Part shown: positions 1-12,242 of the stretch, in pieces
Position numbering within the stretch: position 1 is the first letter of the stretch
Layout of the letters: each line of letters starts with the position of its first letter
NCBI GenBank assembly: GCA_964658305.1
Contig: OZ210885.1
Location: forward strand, 19,344,001 to 19,408,000
Origin: Leptogorgia sarmentosa
Lineage: Eukaryota
DNA: 64,000 bases
Direction of reading: 5' to 3'
The notes under the pieces: model-generated
Database searches by the model: none
What the model was told of the DNA's origin: nothing
Seen by the model: the letters and a program-made list of their open reading frames with translations, nothing else
Position numbers and translations under genes: made by a program

Positions 1-953
1 TGCAACGGTGCTTCAAAACTTTGCAGTTACCGAAGTGTATGTAAAGAGAGCGCGGAAGTATTTAGCCAAAGACATGATATCAAATTGGACCACCGAACTG
101 GGTATAGAAACCCTCGAATCCCGTAGAAGTTGGGCAACTATTTCCGAAATACAATTTGTCATTCAATTTCACGAGGACCGTTATAAATCTGTATTAGAAA
201 ATTGTATGATATCACCTTCTACAGTCAAAACAGGGGACGTGACATTTGCCACCAGATTCGTTGCAGCTTACATGTTCCTCAAAGTGAAAGGTTGCCGCCC
301 AATGACCTACCAACATCTCACCTTGCGAATGTTTGAATGTGCGAAAAGAAACGAAGGAATAGTGGATCAGAAGTATTCAAGTCCGCTAAAACGTATGGGT
401 TTGACAGTGTTTACTTTGACGAATGCAGCATCCAGTTACTGGAAAAGTATATAGCGTATGTAAGGCCCCTTCTCACACCCACTTGCGACTATGTGTTGGT
501 GAATCGAAACGGTAAACAGTTCCAAAAACTTTCTAATCTTTTGAGTGTATTGGTGTTTGAAGCAATAGGAAAATACATTCATCCAACTAGGTACAGACAG
601 ATCATCGAAACAGAAAGTGAAGATCCCGTGAAGTGGCCATGACAGGACGCGAGTGCATGAAAAAATTAATTGAGAGAAGTAATAGTTCACAGAGAGAAGA
701 TGAGCATGAACAACAGCCCTCGTCTGGCCCCACACATGTTGGCGAAGACACGCCCATCGTTTCCAGCCCGAAAAAAGCCAAATATACCCGAGGCCCTCGC
801 TTCACAGGTGAGGAAGATAACGCCATACGCTTGGGCATTGCAAAGTTCGGTTTTTGTTGGACAAGGATATTACGCCATCCAGAATATAACTTTCATGCAT
901 GTAGAGTGGCAAATACTTTAAGAAAGAGGGCGGAAGCCTTGAAATTAGTGTAA
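1..953 (+). pseudogene. Tyrosine recombinase with C-terminal Myb/SANT-like domain; frameshifted, internally deleted, 5'-truncated by the window edge
   Basis: Three overlapping ORFs (8-454, 337-642, 633-953) give GCRP (catalytic R-like), KSAKTYG (K), HPTRYR (HxxR), then FTGEEDNAIRLGIAKFGFCWTRIL (Myb-like). No H...Y box follows HxxR. Confidence 0.6.
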
Positions 954-1231
954 TGATTGCGTGTAAACCTTGAAGTGCCTATGACATGAAATTTTGGTAC
1001 GTGATTTTTTTCGCTTTTCTAATACTTGTTGATGCGCTGATTATCGTGGTACTATTTATTTTTTAACCAGAGGGCGGGAAAGTGCTTTTATTTGCGTACA
1101 AACGTTGGAATTTTTAATAAAAATTTTCCAGGGGACTGGAACCGAGCGTGACGTCACACGTTAGAGTCAACACTTCTTGTAAACAAGTTGTAGCTTTTAA
1201 TTGCTTTAAACAAAATTGCTGTAGTTTTGAC

Positions 1232-1998
1232 ATGTCTGACCGGGAATCTAGCTCCTCGTCTGACAGCAATAGGAGCTACAACGAAAGTAATGATTCCAGC
1301 GGCAGTGGAAGCGACGAACATGTCCTTGCTGGTGATTTTTTGCCATATCAAAACGAGCCTTTGGCTGATGGTAGCAGCGAAAGTGACGACGATGACGAAC
1401 GGGACGAAGATGGGCTCTCTGCGGCCGTTTTAAGGCAGCGTTATGAGAACGAAATTACGGTAGATAAGTGGTAAGTGCTTTTAAAATTACTGTGAAATAT
1501 GATCGCTGTTGTAACACTTCAGTCAATGTTATTTCCGATTTGTAGGTGTACATGTGGTAGTTGTGATAATTTGCTTCTCGTTGGAGCAAGGGAGTACAGA
1601 TGCTGCAAAGAGGTAGCTGAAGCCATTGGAAAGTTTACGTTCATCGGTTTAGATGCTGGATGCATCGTTGAACACCAGGACTATAGCCACCTAACGCATC
1701 GTGCTGTCTTGACCGAGGTAGCGCCACTGTTAAGAGACAAGAATGGCAAACGTTACAAAAAGCAAACTGGGGCCACAGAAAATGAGTAAGAACACGAAGA
1801 ACTCTAATAGTTCAAGTCAATTCAAATAGATATCCATGTTTTTGTATTTTGAAAGTTAAGGGTTCCAATTTGTGATGTATTTTTTCTCATTTATTACAGG
1901 TATTTACGTGCAGTTGCTTATCGATGGATGGCAAAATGGCTTTGGGGGTACATGGGTTTTGAAAACATTAGACCACTTCCTGCTTGTTTGTACAAACG
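1232..1998 (+). CDS. KolX-like Cys-rich accessory protein (resembles the P2X7 cytoplasmic ballast/nanor domain), spliced
   Basis: Exons about 1232-1470, 1546-1785 and 1900-1998 with GT-AG introns. Motifs WCTCGSC...EYRCCKE...CI and RYLRAVAYRW..WLWG..G...RPLPAC. 3' end uncertain. Confidence 0.7.
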
Positions 1999-2429
1999 GT
2001 AAACAGTTATGATACATATCTATGCTACAAAAATCCAACAACCACTCAACTCACAATTTTAATCCATGCTAACTTGTGCATTCAGGCACAGGACACCGAG
2101 ATCTTGGGTAGCCTAGCATAGGAAGTTTACATTTCGTGCAATGCCTTGCTTTTTTAGCATTATTAGCTTTTTTCTTTTTTAAATCTTTTTCCATTTGCAT
2201 CCTCATTGTAGCTTGTTCTTCACCTTAAAGAAATAGCTTACAATAAATATATTGAATAAAAGGTTTTGAAGAGCAATGCAAGACTAGCAATAGGATGCTA
2301 AAATTGTAGGAAATTTCAAAATGCAGTCCACAGATAGCCAACTTGACAAGGTGTGATCTCAGACTCCCAAGAATATTTAAATTATTTTGCTATGGGACAT
2401 CTGTTGAGTAGATTTGGCAGGGATAAATA

Positions 2430-5400
2430 TTATTTGGTAGGTGTACCTGATGGGAAAAGTTCAGCTTCTTTTTGTTTTCTTTTTCTTTGTTGTTTGATAG
2501 CTTCATCTTTTAATTTTCTGTCTGGAAACTGTGAGTTTAATGGTTGTGGGACCTTTGCAGCATACTTTTTATTAATAGCCTTCAGTTCCTTTTCAGATTT
2601 TGAGAAAAGAATTTCCTTTATGTTCCCAACATAGCCTTGAACAATAAAATAAGAGGATTGATTAAGAACAATTAAAGTGCAACATATCCTCAAAGGGCAC
2701 GTATGTTTACCAGTTTGGACTTACCATATGTGGGTGGAACAGCAACTTCCCGTACAACCTCATCACCAAGTTTAAATTTAGGATAAGTAATGTGCATGTA
2801 TGTTTTCCCATCTTTTGTTTGTTTTGGTTTTCTATGCACATTCTCGTTAAAGTGCAAAGTGGCGAGTATGTGTCTGAAATATAGGAAATGAAGATATATG
2901 CAGTACATTCTGTATTTATAATTATCCTTTACAGCTATTCTAGGGCAACAAATCTAAAAACACAAGCTTCTTGCTCTGAACAAATGCTTTCTTCCTCTAT
3001 TGTATATTCAGAACTTTACATTATATCCTTCAGATGACCAAACTCATATTTACCTGCAATACGTCCCAAGCCATGAAAAGCAAAACATTTTTGGGTGCCA
3101 CTGATTGAGCGTTGAGTGAAAACCTTCAAGGGCACTGGTCTGAGCATCTGGGGAAAGTTTGCTAATGTCCTTTAACACACTTTTTTTCATTAGAATCCCA
3201 TTTAGTTTATCATATGCTTTGGTACCTTGAAAAAATATGTATTGGTTGATATCCATTGTCAGATTGATGAGGTTTACAAGCTCTTTTTGGCACTTTCTCA
3301 ATGTATGCACAACCCTAATGTACCCTTATTCCTAATTTGTATATAGTACATTTCGGTTGCTCATATATCGAGAAAGTGTCCTCTTTTTACACGTGTATAA
3401 ACCTACCAACAAATCTTCCCTGGAGGGTTATTATCTGGCATAAGATAGAGTAAGATAACATAAAGGGTGCACAAGGCCACATTGCAGCTTCATCCATTGG
3501 CACCATTTTACTTTGGCTGATGCCAGATGGTTTTATTCATAAAGAGGAGAGCCTTAATGAGATTAAAAAAAATCCACCACCATGCACACATACAAACAAC
3601 TTCATACCAACTTTTATCCACTTTCTGGGTTCTAAATCTCCATGGGCACACTTTGGAAAGAGTGGGTCTGGGTGGTTGTCATGTTTATTGGCAATGTGTC
3701 CCATCAATGATTTCCACTTGGCTAAGGCCAGACTTGGAAAGTTTCCCAGTGTTGTGGTAGAGCACCAATAAATGTGGTTCCTTACTCCTTTTGTCCACTC
3801 TTTGATCCTTTCACAACCCTTTTCCTTGCTTGCTTTAAGCATTTTTTTCACAATGCCTTTAATAACATGCCACTGGTCAAAGAAATGTTTGATTGCAGGA
3901 TGTGAATTACGTATATATTTGCAAATTCCTTTGTGGCGATCAGACACAAACACCGGAATTGTTAAACCAGCAGTTGTTATTAAGAAGTCAAAGCACCTCA
4001 TACAACCATCCAGTTCCATGGCATTGCTGCTCTCAGATTGGTTTGCCTAATAATGATCAGATTGAATCATGAATTGCAATATTTAGAGCAGTTTTCACAC
4101 TTTTAAATGGAATTAGAGATTTTATCTCTAATTACAGGGCTTAAATAGTTATGTGTTTTAACTAAATATAGGCTTTCTCTGGGTAATATGGTTTTTGACA
4201 AGTGATGTACTTACTTGCAACAATTCAAAATGCACTATCTTCATGACGGTACAGCAAAACATGGTGTAAACACCATATTTGGCTGAGTGACCCATTGAAT
4301 CAAAACGGCCATCCCCGCTCCATACAGCATTTTGGACATTTCGCAGAGAATGGATTAAGGATGCCTGGTATGATTCCCAGTAAGTCAGGATGGAAGGGAT
4401 GATCATTCCACTCTGATGACGATAGTAGGTTCTCGGGCTATATACTGCTAGGCCAAAGTGTCGAAACACCAAGAGAACCTTACTGATGGATGCCCCAGCC
4501 ATGAGTGAAGAGAAGCTTAACAAAATATTCCCTGCTGCACGTCCAAGTAGTCTAGGCTGGCTTTCCCATTTGAATGGTTTTATTCCTTGACATGAAGAGC
4601 ATTGTTGTTCTACAGTTATCATTGTGCCAGTTTGATACATGTTGACTCTAGGTTTTTCGTTTTTGCATTTAAAACAAAACAAAGAGAACAGAGCAAGAAG
4701 AGAACTATAAAACACTATAAACTTTGGTTCATCTTGAGGCTTGGTGCCAGCTTCCACTCTAAAAAATAAATTCAAGTAACTATTAGGTTGCATTTACATA
4801 ACCTAAACCCATTATCCATAGTTTGACCAATAAAAACTACCATATTGTACATTAATTTACTTGTACACAAATGGATCATAATGGTAAAATCATCATGTCA
4901 ACTAAATGGCAAAAAATTATCACTTGTTCAAGGTTGTTGAAAACAGGATGCAACAATGTTGTGCTGCCCACATTGTTCATAGTTGCCAACAATATTATTC
5001 AGCATTGTTACACCTGATTGCGGATTTGCGGGCTGATTTAGGCTCAATGAACAATATTGTTGACAACTATGAACAATGTGGGCAGCACAACATGCATTAT
5101 TGCATCTTGTTTTTAACAACCTTGAACAAGTGATAATTTTTAGGCATGTATTTATACAGTACTTTTTGATACTTCATTCAAGGTTTTGTGAAGCACTACT
5201 GTGCATATGTATAATACCTGATGGTATTTCTGCTGCACTGACTTGATGGTATCCCATCATCATCAATTGTGTTTTGCTCTCCAACAGGGTCCCACTCTTG
5301 TTCCAGTGTAGCACCACAATCATCTGATTCCTCAACATTCTCATCTACAGCATTCATATCTTCATCTTCTTCAACATGTTGATGCAGGTGAGATTGAGCT

Positions 5401-6958
5401 TGATTCTCAAGTTTCTTTTAAAAACAAATATTTTACAGTATTACACATTAAATTAACAACAGTCACTTACTAAAAGAGCTGTTTATATTGTCTCACATGC
5501 CAGGGTCACCCTACATCCCGAGATAACAACTTTATCATGCATTTATATGACAAATTTTTTAACATGAATCTTTTTTAACATAAAATTCCTGTGTTATGTT
5601 AGGATGGGGTATGAATAAATAAATTTGATTGTGCATTCCTTAGGGAGAAAAGTTGTTGCTGCAGGCCGAGGCAAATTGTATACCCCCCAGGTTATCCAGC
5701 TCTTTCATAAAGTCATAAAGAGGTTGACTCTATCTGTAGGATGTCCCTAGTAGAGGAGGTGAGTTTAAAACTTTGCATACACTTGCATTTCAGTTCTTAT
5801 AATACGAATTTAACTTTGTCTCGGCCAGGGTAGCTCAGGGGGGACCTGGGTGTTGCTAGTACCAGAGACCATAAAGACCATATAAACAGCTCCTAACTCC
5901 TATAAAGGCATTGAGCTGAATCAGAAAATTGATTATGTATAAATCAGCAAGTGACTACAGTATTGTCAATACATATGTTTGCACTGGAGTGGCTTTTACA
6001 CTGGTAATATTTAGTGGCTGGGTTAATAGTTGCTAGCTATATATATTCAGTAGTTGTTTTATATAATGTTGAGCATATAGTGAACACATCTGTCATAATA
6101 TAGTGTGAATTCCATTTAATAACAAAATATACTATTTACCTCCGTCAAGACTTGGTTTGCTTTCTCCAGTTCAACAACCTTACTTCTTAGCTTTTGTTGG
6201 ACACCTTTAGCTTTTCTGTACTTGTCATTCCATTTGATATATCGTCGTTTATATTCGTTGCAACCTTCGCATTTAGAAAGAGAAATATCACCGGCATCTG
6301 TATCTGCTTCCATGGTCGTTTCAAGTTCTACTCCTGAAATATCTTCTTCGCATTCTTGCTCACTTTGTTGTTGTGCAAACGTGAAGCTGGCATCACGAAG
6401 AATCTGTTGAGCACAGTAATAGTAAAGATATGAAATTTCTTAAAACTAACTTCAGGACCTCTCTGAAAACCACTCTTGTGAGAGAGTTTCCTGGTAATAA
6501 ATATCATTATCATTATCAAGGTGATGATAAATTTACATATTAAATTATGTAATATAATATCACACCTGTCTGCGATCCCGTTGTGAAACCAGATGCGGAT
6601 TTCTATCAGATTGGACGGTGTCAATGGTTGGAACCGCACAAGTTCTGTCCAGTAGTCATTTTGTCGTGGTATTGCTGCTGATTTCCAATCCAAGATCAAG
6701 TCGCTGGTGAAAGCATTGTTGTTCGAAATGTGCAGAACACAAGCACGAGTAAGGCGAAGGCTGCCAGTCTGCCATTCTATGTCGCCTGACAAACTTTATC
6801 CACGAACTTTGCAGTCGATTGCCAGGTTTTGGAAATTCATGCATTGATATCCCTGGAGTGGTCGAGTTGTTCTTGCAGCTTTCATTATTTGGGCCACCAG
6901 CAACGCAATACTTTCCAAGAGATTTTGTCGTTTTGGTTGCGTGTTTTGGTTCAGCCAT
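2430..6958 (-). CDS. Kolobok transposase (THAP Zn finger plus DDE), multi-exon
   Basis: THAP motif CVAGG..C..HEFP..W..LCSAHF (6656-6958). Catalytic motifs GDGRFDSMGHSAKY (4158-4793), SDRH (3537-4019), QTSALEGFH (3050-3310), LHFNEN (2690-2908). Confidence 0.85.
4905..5150. mobile_element. Palindromic MITE inside a Kolobok intron
   Basis: About 90-bp imperfect inverted arms: aaaaattatcacttgttcaaggttgtt... and ...aacaaccttgaacaagtgataattttt. Confidence 0.75.
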
Positions 6959-9357
6959 ATTACAGTTTTGCATTCTCGCGCGTTAAATAACTCTAACGTG
7001 TGACGTCACGACCACGCACAGAACATGGAAAAATTAAAGCTAATATTGCAAACTTTATTTTCGAAAAAATTAGGTTTCCCGCCCTCTGGTTAAAAAATAA
7101 ATATTACCACGATAATCAGCGCATCGAAAGTATCAGGAAAGGGAAAAAAATCGCCTACCAAAATTTCATGTCATAGGCACTTTAAATAATTGTTGGTATT
7201 ATTAGTGTGAATTACATGGGGAAAATGTTGTAAAGAGAAATACAAAAATCAATGTACACCTGCCTATGTGTTCTTCTTTTTCCAACACTCCTTATAATAT
7301 AATAGTCGTGGAAAGCAACACTACAAAAATCTGTGACATTAAATACATTCACTTTGCATCATCCTTTTGCTTGTATTGCATGACTCCAGAAATGACAAGA
7401 AAGCCTAATTATGACAACTGACAGAACAAATAATGTTTGCTTTTATCAAGACTGTGAGAAAGAAATAGGTTAGGGTTAGAGTAAGGTTTGGGTGTGGATT
7501 ATTTATAAATAACCCCAACCCGGCCCGTAATCTGACCCTAACCTATCAAGAAATAGGCTAGGGTCAGACTACGGGCCAGGTTGGGGTTATTTATTAATAA
7601 CTCCAACCCGGCCCGTAATCTGACCCTAACCCATCAAGAAATAGGTTAGGGTCACACAACGGTTTGGGGTTATGACTTCAATAATCCACACCCAAAACTG
7701 ACCCTAAATTATTGTCCAAATACTTTTACAAACAAGTGCAAACGCAATGTATGCTTCGTTACAACCGTCATAATCTTGTGGTAAAAAATGTTGAAAGTAT
7801 CGCTTGCAAAAATTTTCTAAGTGTCGAGTGTATTTAGTTTTGTCAAAACATGACCGGCTACCGGCTACCCAATATAAAAACTAATAAAATCGACCGGCTA
7901 CCATCCAAAATAACCGGCTACCGCCATGTGGTAGCCAGTCGTCAAAAATTTTCTAAGTGTCGAGTGTATTTAGTTTTGTCAAAACTTGACCGGCTACCGG
8001 CTACCGCCATGTGGTAGCCGGTTGTCAAAAATTTTCTAAGTGTCATTTGGCAAAATGTTGTAAGTGCCATTACAAACGTTTTGTAAGGATTTAGCAATAG
8101 CGTTATAATAATAATAATCTATTAATTAAAATCACATTGCAGTAGAAACTGAATTACATGATTATATGACAACTTTAAATAGCTACAATAAAATATTTAT
8201 CGAAGATTAGGACAATGATTAAGACACCTATATATACACATTGCCAAGGCTATAATACTCTAGTAATTGTACTATAATTGTCACCAAAAGTATTTAAAAG
8301 TATAAAAAAAGTATAAATGCAATAGAGACTTAGAAAATTTTTGACGACCGGCTACCACATCGCGGTAGCCGGTTATTTTGGACGGTAGCCGGTCGATTTT
8401 ATTAGTATTTATATTGGGTAGCCGGTAGCCGGTCAAGTTTTGACAAAACTAAATACACTCGACACTTAGAAAATTTTTGACGACCGGCTACCACATCGCG
8501 GTAGCCGGTTATTTTGGATGGTAGCCGGTCGATTTTATTAGTTTTTATATTGGGTAGCCGGTAGCCGGTCATGTCTTGACAAAACTAAATACACTCGACA
8601 CTTACTTAGAAATTTTTTTTTTCAACATTTTTTACCACAAGATTGTGACGGTTGTAACGAAGCATACATTGCGTTTGCACTTGTTTGTAAAAGTATTTTG
8701 ACAATAATTTAGGGTCAGTTTTGGGTGTGGATTATTGAAGTCATAATCACAACCCAAACCGTTGTGTGACCCTAACCTATTTCTTGATGGGTTAGGGTCA
8801 GATTACGGGCCGGGTTGGGGTTATTACAGCTAATTTAGGTCAAGCGTTCCTCTCTCGAGTTCCTTACTTGATTGGAAATTTCCTAATTACCGTTGCAATT
8901 TCGAAAAAATTGCTTGCAAATCTCTTGAGGAATATTGCAATTTTCCAAAGTCAATTAAATGTTCCTCACTTCCTGTTAGAAGTTCCTCACTTCCTGTTAG
9001 AAGTTCCTCACTTCCTACCAGATTTTACTTCCAGTTGCAAAATGTGTTTATACTCATATTCAATCAAATACATTGTTTTTACATGTAAAATCTTACAACC
9101 CCAATGATAAAAATGCTCATGGTATTTACCATAAAGATATTTTAATGCTGGATCAAAAATTAACTGTAACTATTTACATAAATCTTCAATATAATACACT
9201 ATATGAATTTTGTTACCTGTCTAAACTCTAAAGTTCACAGTCTCACGTCCACCACGTGCTAATAAATTACAATCAATTAGCGCGCTTATATAAAGTGACA
9301 CTAAAGTTTTATCTGCATCGAATGAATATCGCTCCAAGAGAAATATCAGTCTATTGA

Positions 9358-10812
9358 ATGTCTTTTTCATTATCGAAATGGCTGGAACAAATCGACCCAG
9401 CTATGAAGGAATATGCTGTAAAGTTAGAAAACTTTGGGTTTGGGTCATTGAAAACATTACGGAATATTGATAATGATGATATTAGCAATTATTTCCCCGA
9501 GATGTTGCCAGGGCACAGGAAAGCACTACTGGGAGAAGCAAGAAAACTGATAACGCCAGTTAAAAGTGTTCGTATTAATGCTACCAATGACATATCAGCT
9601 GATCAATCCGTGCATTGTAAACGCCAAAGACAACTTGAATTTGTGAATAATACCTCGTCAAGCCCTAACAGTAACAGTAATAACATTTCAGTAGTCTTGA
9701 ATTCAAACGATAGACGAAGTGTAAAAGAAACAGAAAATGTGTCAAATTCAAAGAAACCTCGCTTTGACAAAGAAGTAAATGAAGATCCCTTTGTACCTAG
9801 AACAATCTCTGATAAAGAGGAGAAGTTGGTAATGAGATTATCGAAATTAGAAGCAGACATTGCTGCAAATGCTGACGAGATGAACTGTTATATGCTTCCT
9901 GTACAAGAACCTCCAAGCATGGGGAATATGACAAGCGTGTGTAGCAACTGCCACCGAAAGGGTCACAGAGCAGATGGAAATAAAGGTAAAAGAGACTGTA
10001 TTTTGAGTAGATGTGAAAGTTACTTCTCTTGTGGGCAAAAGACAAAACATCCTGAATACGGACGAATGTTGACAGAGAAAAAAAAGCAACTGGCAAATTT
10101 GAAAGATTCAGTTAAGGAAATACAAGAACAACTGGATATGTTGCGAAAATTTGTAAACAAAACGAGCGAGACAAACTTCATGATGGACGTTAAGAGACGT
10201 TTAAGGATCTGCAATCCGCAAAAATATCGCGACGTGTCATTGTTATTAAAAGACACAAGAACTCTCAAAGTTGCGTACAAAGGAAAAATTCCTACTCTCG
10301 ATCAAGATGATAGCACAGAGTTTCCACGTGTGATCAAAGAATATAGACACAAAGTAAAATGTGAAACTGGGGATTTTAATCTTTCGGACGACGACCACGA
10401 TATTAATTTTGGAAATGAAAGTGTTTGCGAATCCAAAAATGCGCCATCATTAATACAAACAAAAGTAAATTTTTCTTCTAATCAGAATTTTCGGTTGCCA
10501 ACATGGCATGGCCCTTTCATGTCGAATGCAACGCCGTCTTTCATGCCTCCTATGCAACAGCAACATCAGTGGTTTTCCCAGCCAATACCCTATGGTTACT
10601 CTGGAAATCAACCAGCCACTTTTTCAGCTATGCCCATGGGGGCCCCTATAGGTATGGGTATGGAGATGCGACCTTACGAACCAACAGTAAGCAATGCAAA
10701 TACGATTTCTAATTTTATTCCAAATCTCACGACTACAGACAATTCTATCGGAGACGAAAATCCTGACGACTTGCCGCTTCTTAGCGACCTAGAGGAATAT
10801 TTGGGTATCTGA
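9358..10812 (+). CDS. Accessory ORF (484 aa): N-terminal SAM-like domain, Cys/His Zn-knuckle cluster, coiled coils
   Basis: LSKWLEQI...EYAVKLENFGFGSLKTL...MLPGHRKALL fits the SAM pattern. CSNCHRKGH...C..C..C..H. Intact and intronless, inside the TIRs. Confidence 0.75.
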   Translation: MSFSLSKWLEQIDPAMKEYAVKLENFGFGSLKTLRNIDNDDISNYFPEMLPGHRKALLGEARKLITPVKSVRINATNDISADQSVHCKRQRQLEFVNNTSSSPNSNSNNISVVLNSNDRRSVKETENVSNSKKPRFDKEVNEDPFVPRTISDKEEKLVMRLSKLEADIAANADEMNCYMLPVQEPPSMGNMTSVCSNCHRKGHRADGNKGKRDCILSRCESYFSCGQKTKHPEYGRMLTEKKKQLANLKDSVKEIQEQLDMLRKFVNKTSETNFMMDVKRRLRICNPQKYRDVSLLLKDTRTLKVAYKGKIPTLDQDDSTEFPRVIKEYRHKVKCETGDFNLSDDDHDINFGNESVCESKNAPSLIQTKVNFSSNQNFRLPTWHGPFMSNATPSFMPPMQQQHQWFSQPIPYGYSGNQPATFSAMPMGAPIGMGMEMRPYEPTVSNANTISNFIPNLTTTDNSIGDENPDDLPLLSDLEEYLGI

Positions 10813-11183
10813 GCGAAAGTATAGAACTGAAACATCTGAATAGCAAAGAATTTTTTTGTTTATTTACATTATGTTTGGTACATGTACAAACCACGTTTCA
10901 TGAAAGTAGCTAACTTTACTGGTAAAACTGTTGCGTTGCTATACTGATTTTCTATGTACATAAGTGAAAATTAAACTGAAGCGATTTGTTTACATATTTA
11001 CAGTGTAAGACTTTTTATCAAGGTTTTATATGGCGGCTATTGTACTGAATTATGTTTGTAGACTACGTTCTTTTTTACTTATAGGTGCTACATGAATACT
11101 TGAAATTATGAAATACAGAAGCAAATTTTTAACAGCTAGCAAAAATATTTCAGGAAAATACAACGTAGCATAACAACCTAATA

Positions 11184-12242
11184 TCATTCAATACAATCAA
11201 GTCCGCAATGTCGAAAGAAATTCTTGCACATTGTAGGGGTAATAGTTGAAACAGCGTCTGCTATTGCGAGTTCTGTGTATTTTGAAGTATATCTCTCGTT
11301 TCGCCTTAGAACAGTCTTCAATTGATTAAAACACAATTCACAAACATTACATTCTGGAGAATATGGGGGTTGAAAAATAAGTGACACTCCATTTGCTGAG
11401 AGGATATCTCGCAACAACGGTTCAACCAGACGGGCGTGGTGAAACCCGCAGTTATCCATAATAACAACGTCGTTCGGCGCTAAAACAGGATTGTCTTGAT
11501 GATCTCGGACACGGACAGCTTGATTAAAGAAGTCGAGCAAATGTAATCCATTTGAAGGCCCGTCGATAATGTCGTAGTGGAAAACGCCGAAATAACCGAC
11601 TAATAGATTTACCGTATATGTCGCATTAGAGGAATAGCGCTGGACTTCGAAAGCCCGTTTGCCTATCTCAGAATGGCCTCGACTACGATTTCCTGTGGTT
11701 CTATTCACTGAGCATTCGTCAAAGAAGTGAACGTTTGCAGGATTTATATCGGTCATTTCTTCGACATATGCGTCCTGTTTTTCAAGGTGTCGCTCTTTCT
11801 CTTGAGGAATGCACGTAAGGGTTTTGAATGTGTACCCCAGGTCATTTTTCATTGAATTGTTTATAGATGTCAGGCTAGGAACGTTTTCAACGGTACAAAC
11901 TCCATCGTTAACTAAATTTTCTTGGATTTCCCTGTTATATATGCTGGGCTTACGAATTTTGTAATATTCAATATGTTGAACGACGTTGTTAGTTACAACA
12001 CTTCTTTCACTTCCATGTTTTCGAAGGGGTGTGATTGAGCCGGTATTTGCATAGTGATCACAGATTTTTCTAGCACCACGCGACGTTAAACCTGTAGCTT
12101 CACTAATATCAGTGAATGTTCTCCCTTCAATAAACATATCAATTATCCTTGCTCTAGTTTGGGCGCCCGTAGGCCGCCCATTGAAATAAACACCATTGTT
12201 TTTATTTCTCTTGGCGTTGATGTTGTATATTGTATCATTCAT
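11184..12242 (-). CDS. Transposase: paired-like HTH plus DDE_3, DD38E
   Basis: NNNGVYFNGRP paired-like start; FFDECS, IMDNCGFH, PPYSPECNVCE. 38 residues counted between the second D and the E. Confidence 0.92.
   Translation of the reverse strand: MNDTIYNINAKRNKNNGVYFNGRPTGAQTRARIIDMFIEGRTFTDISEATGLTSRGARKICDHYANTGSITPLRKHGSERSVVTNNVVQHIEYYKIRKPSIYNREIQENLVNDGVCTVENVPSLTSINNSMKNDLGYTFKTLTCIPQEKERHLEKQDAYVEEMTDINPANVHFFDECSVNRTTGNRSRGHSEIGKRAFEVQRYSSNATYTVNLLVGYFGVFHYDIIDGPSNGLHLLDFFNQAVRVRDHQDNPVLAPNDVVIMDNCGFHHARLVEPLLRDILSANGVSLIFQPPYSPECNVCELCFNQLKTVLRRNERYTSKYTELAIADAVSTITPTMCKNFFRHCGLDCIE

Larger units (their letters stand above)
974..7181 (-). mobile_element. Kolobok DNA transposon, full length
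   Basis: TIR agtgcctatgacatgaaattttggta / taccaaaatttcatgtcataggcact, extending imperfectly for about 200 bp. Flanks are TTGA (970-973) and TTAA (7182-7185). Encodes a THAP-DDE transposase and a convergent Cys-rich second gene. Confidence 0.9.

Noticed and set aside
5500..5870. Possible MITE in a Kolobok intron
   Set aside because: TIRs and TSD could not be defined.
7468..7710. TTAGGG-like motifs as a telomere
   Set aside because: Isolated hexamers inside hairpin modules, not a tandem telomeric array.
7810..8610. Regularly spaced repeats resembling a CRISPR array
   Set aside because: The units repeat in full with no unique spacers, there are no cas genes, and the context is eukaryotic.
8868..9107. 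ORFs 8868-9107 and 12457-12750 with PHFLLEV repeats
   Set aside because: Translations of the TIR 21-bp repeats.
11184..12242. Pax gene
   Set aside because: The paired-like HTH is fused to a DDE domain inside TIRs, so it is a transposase.
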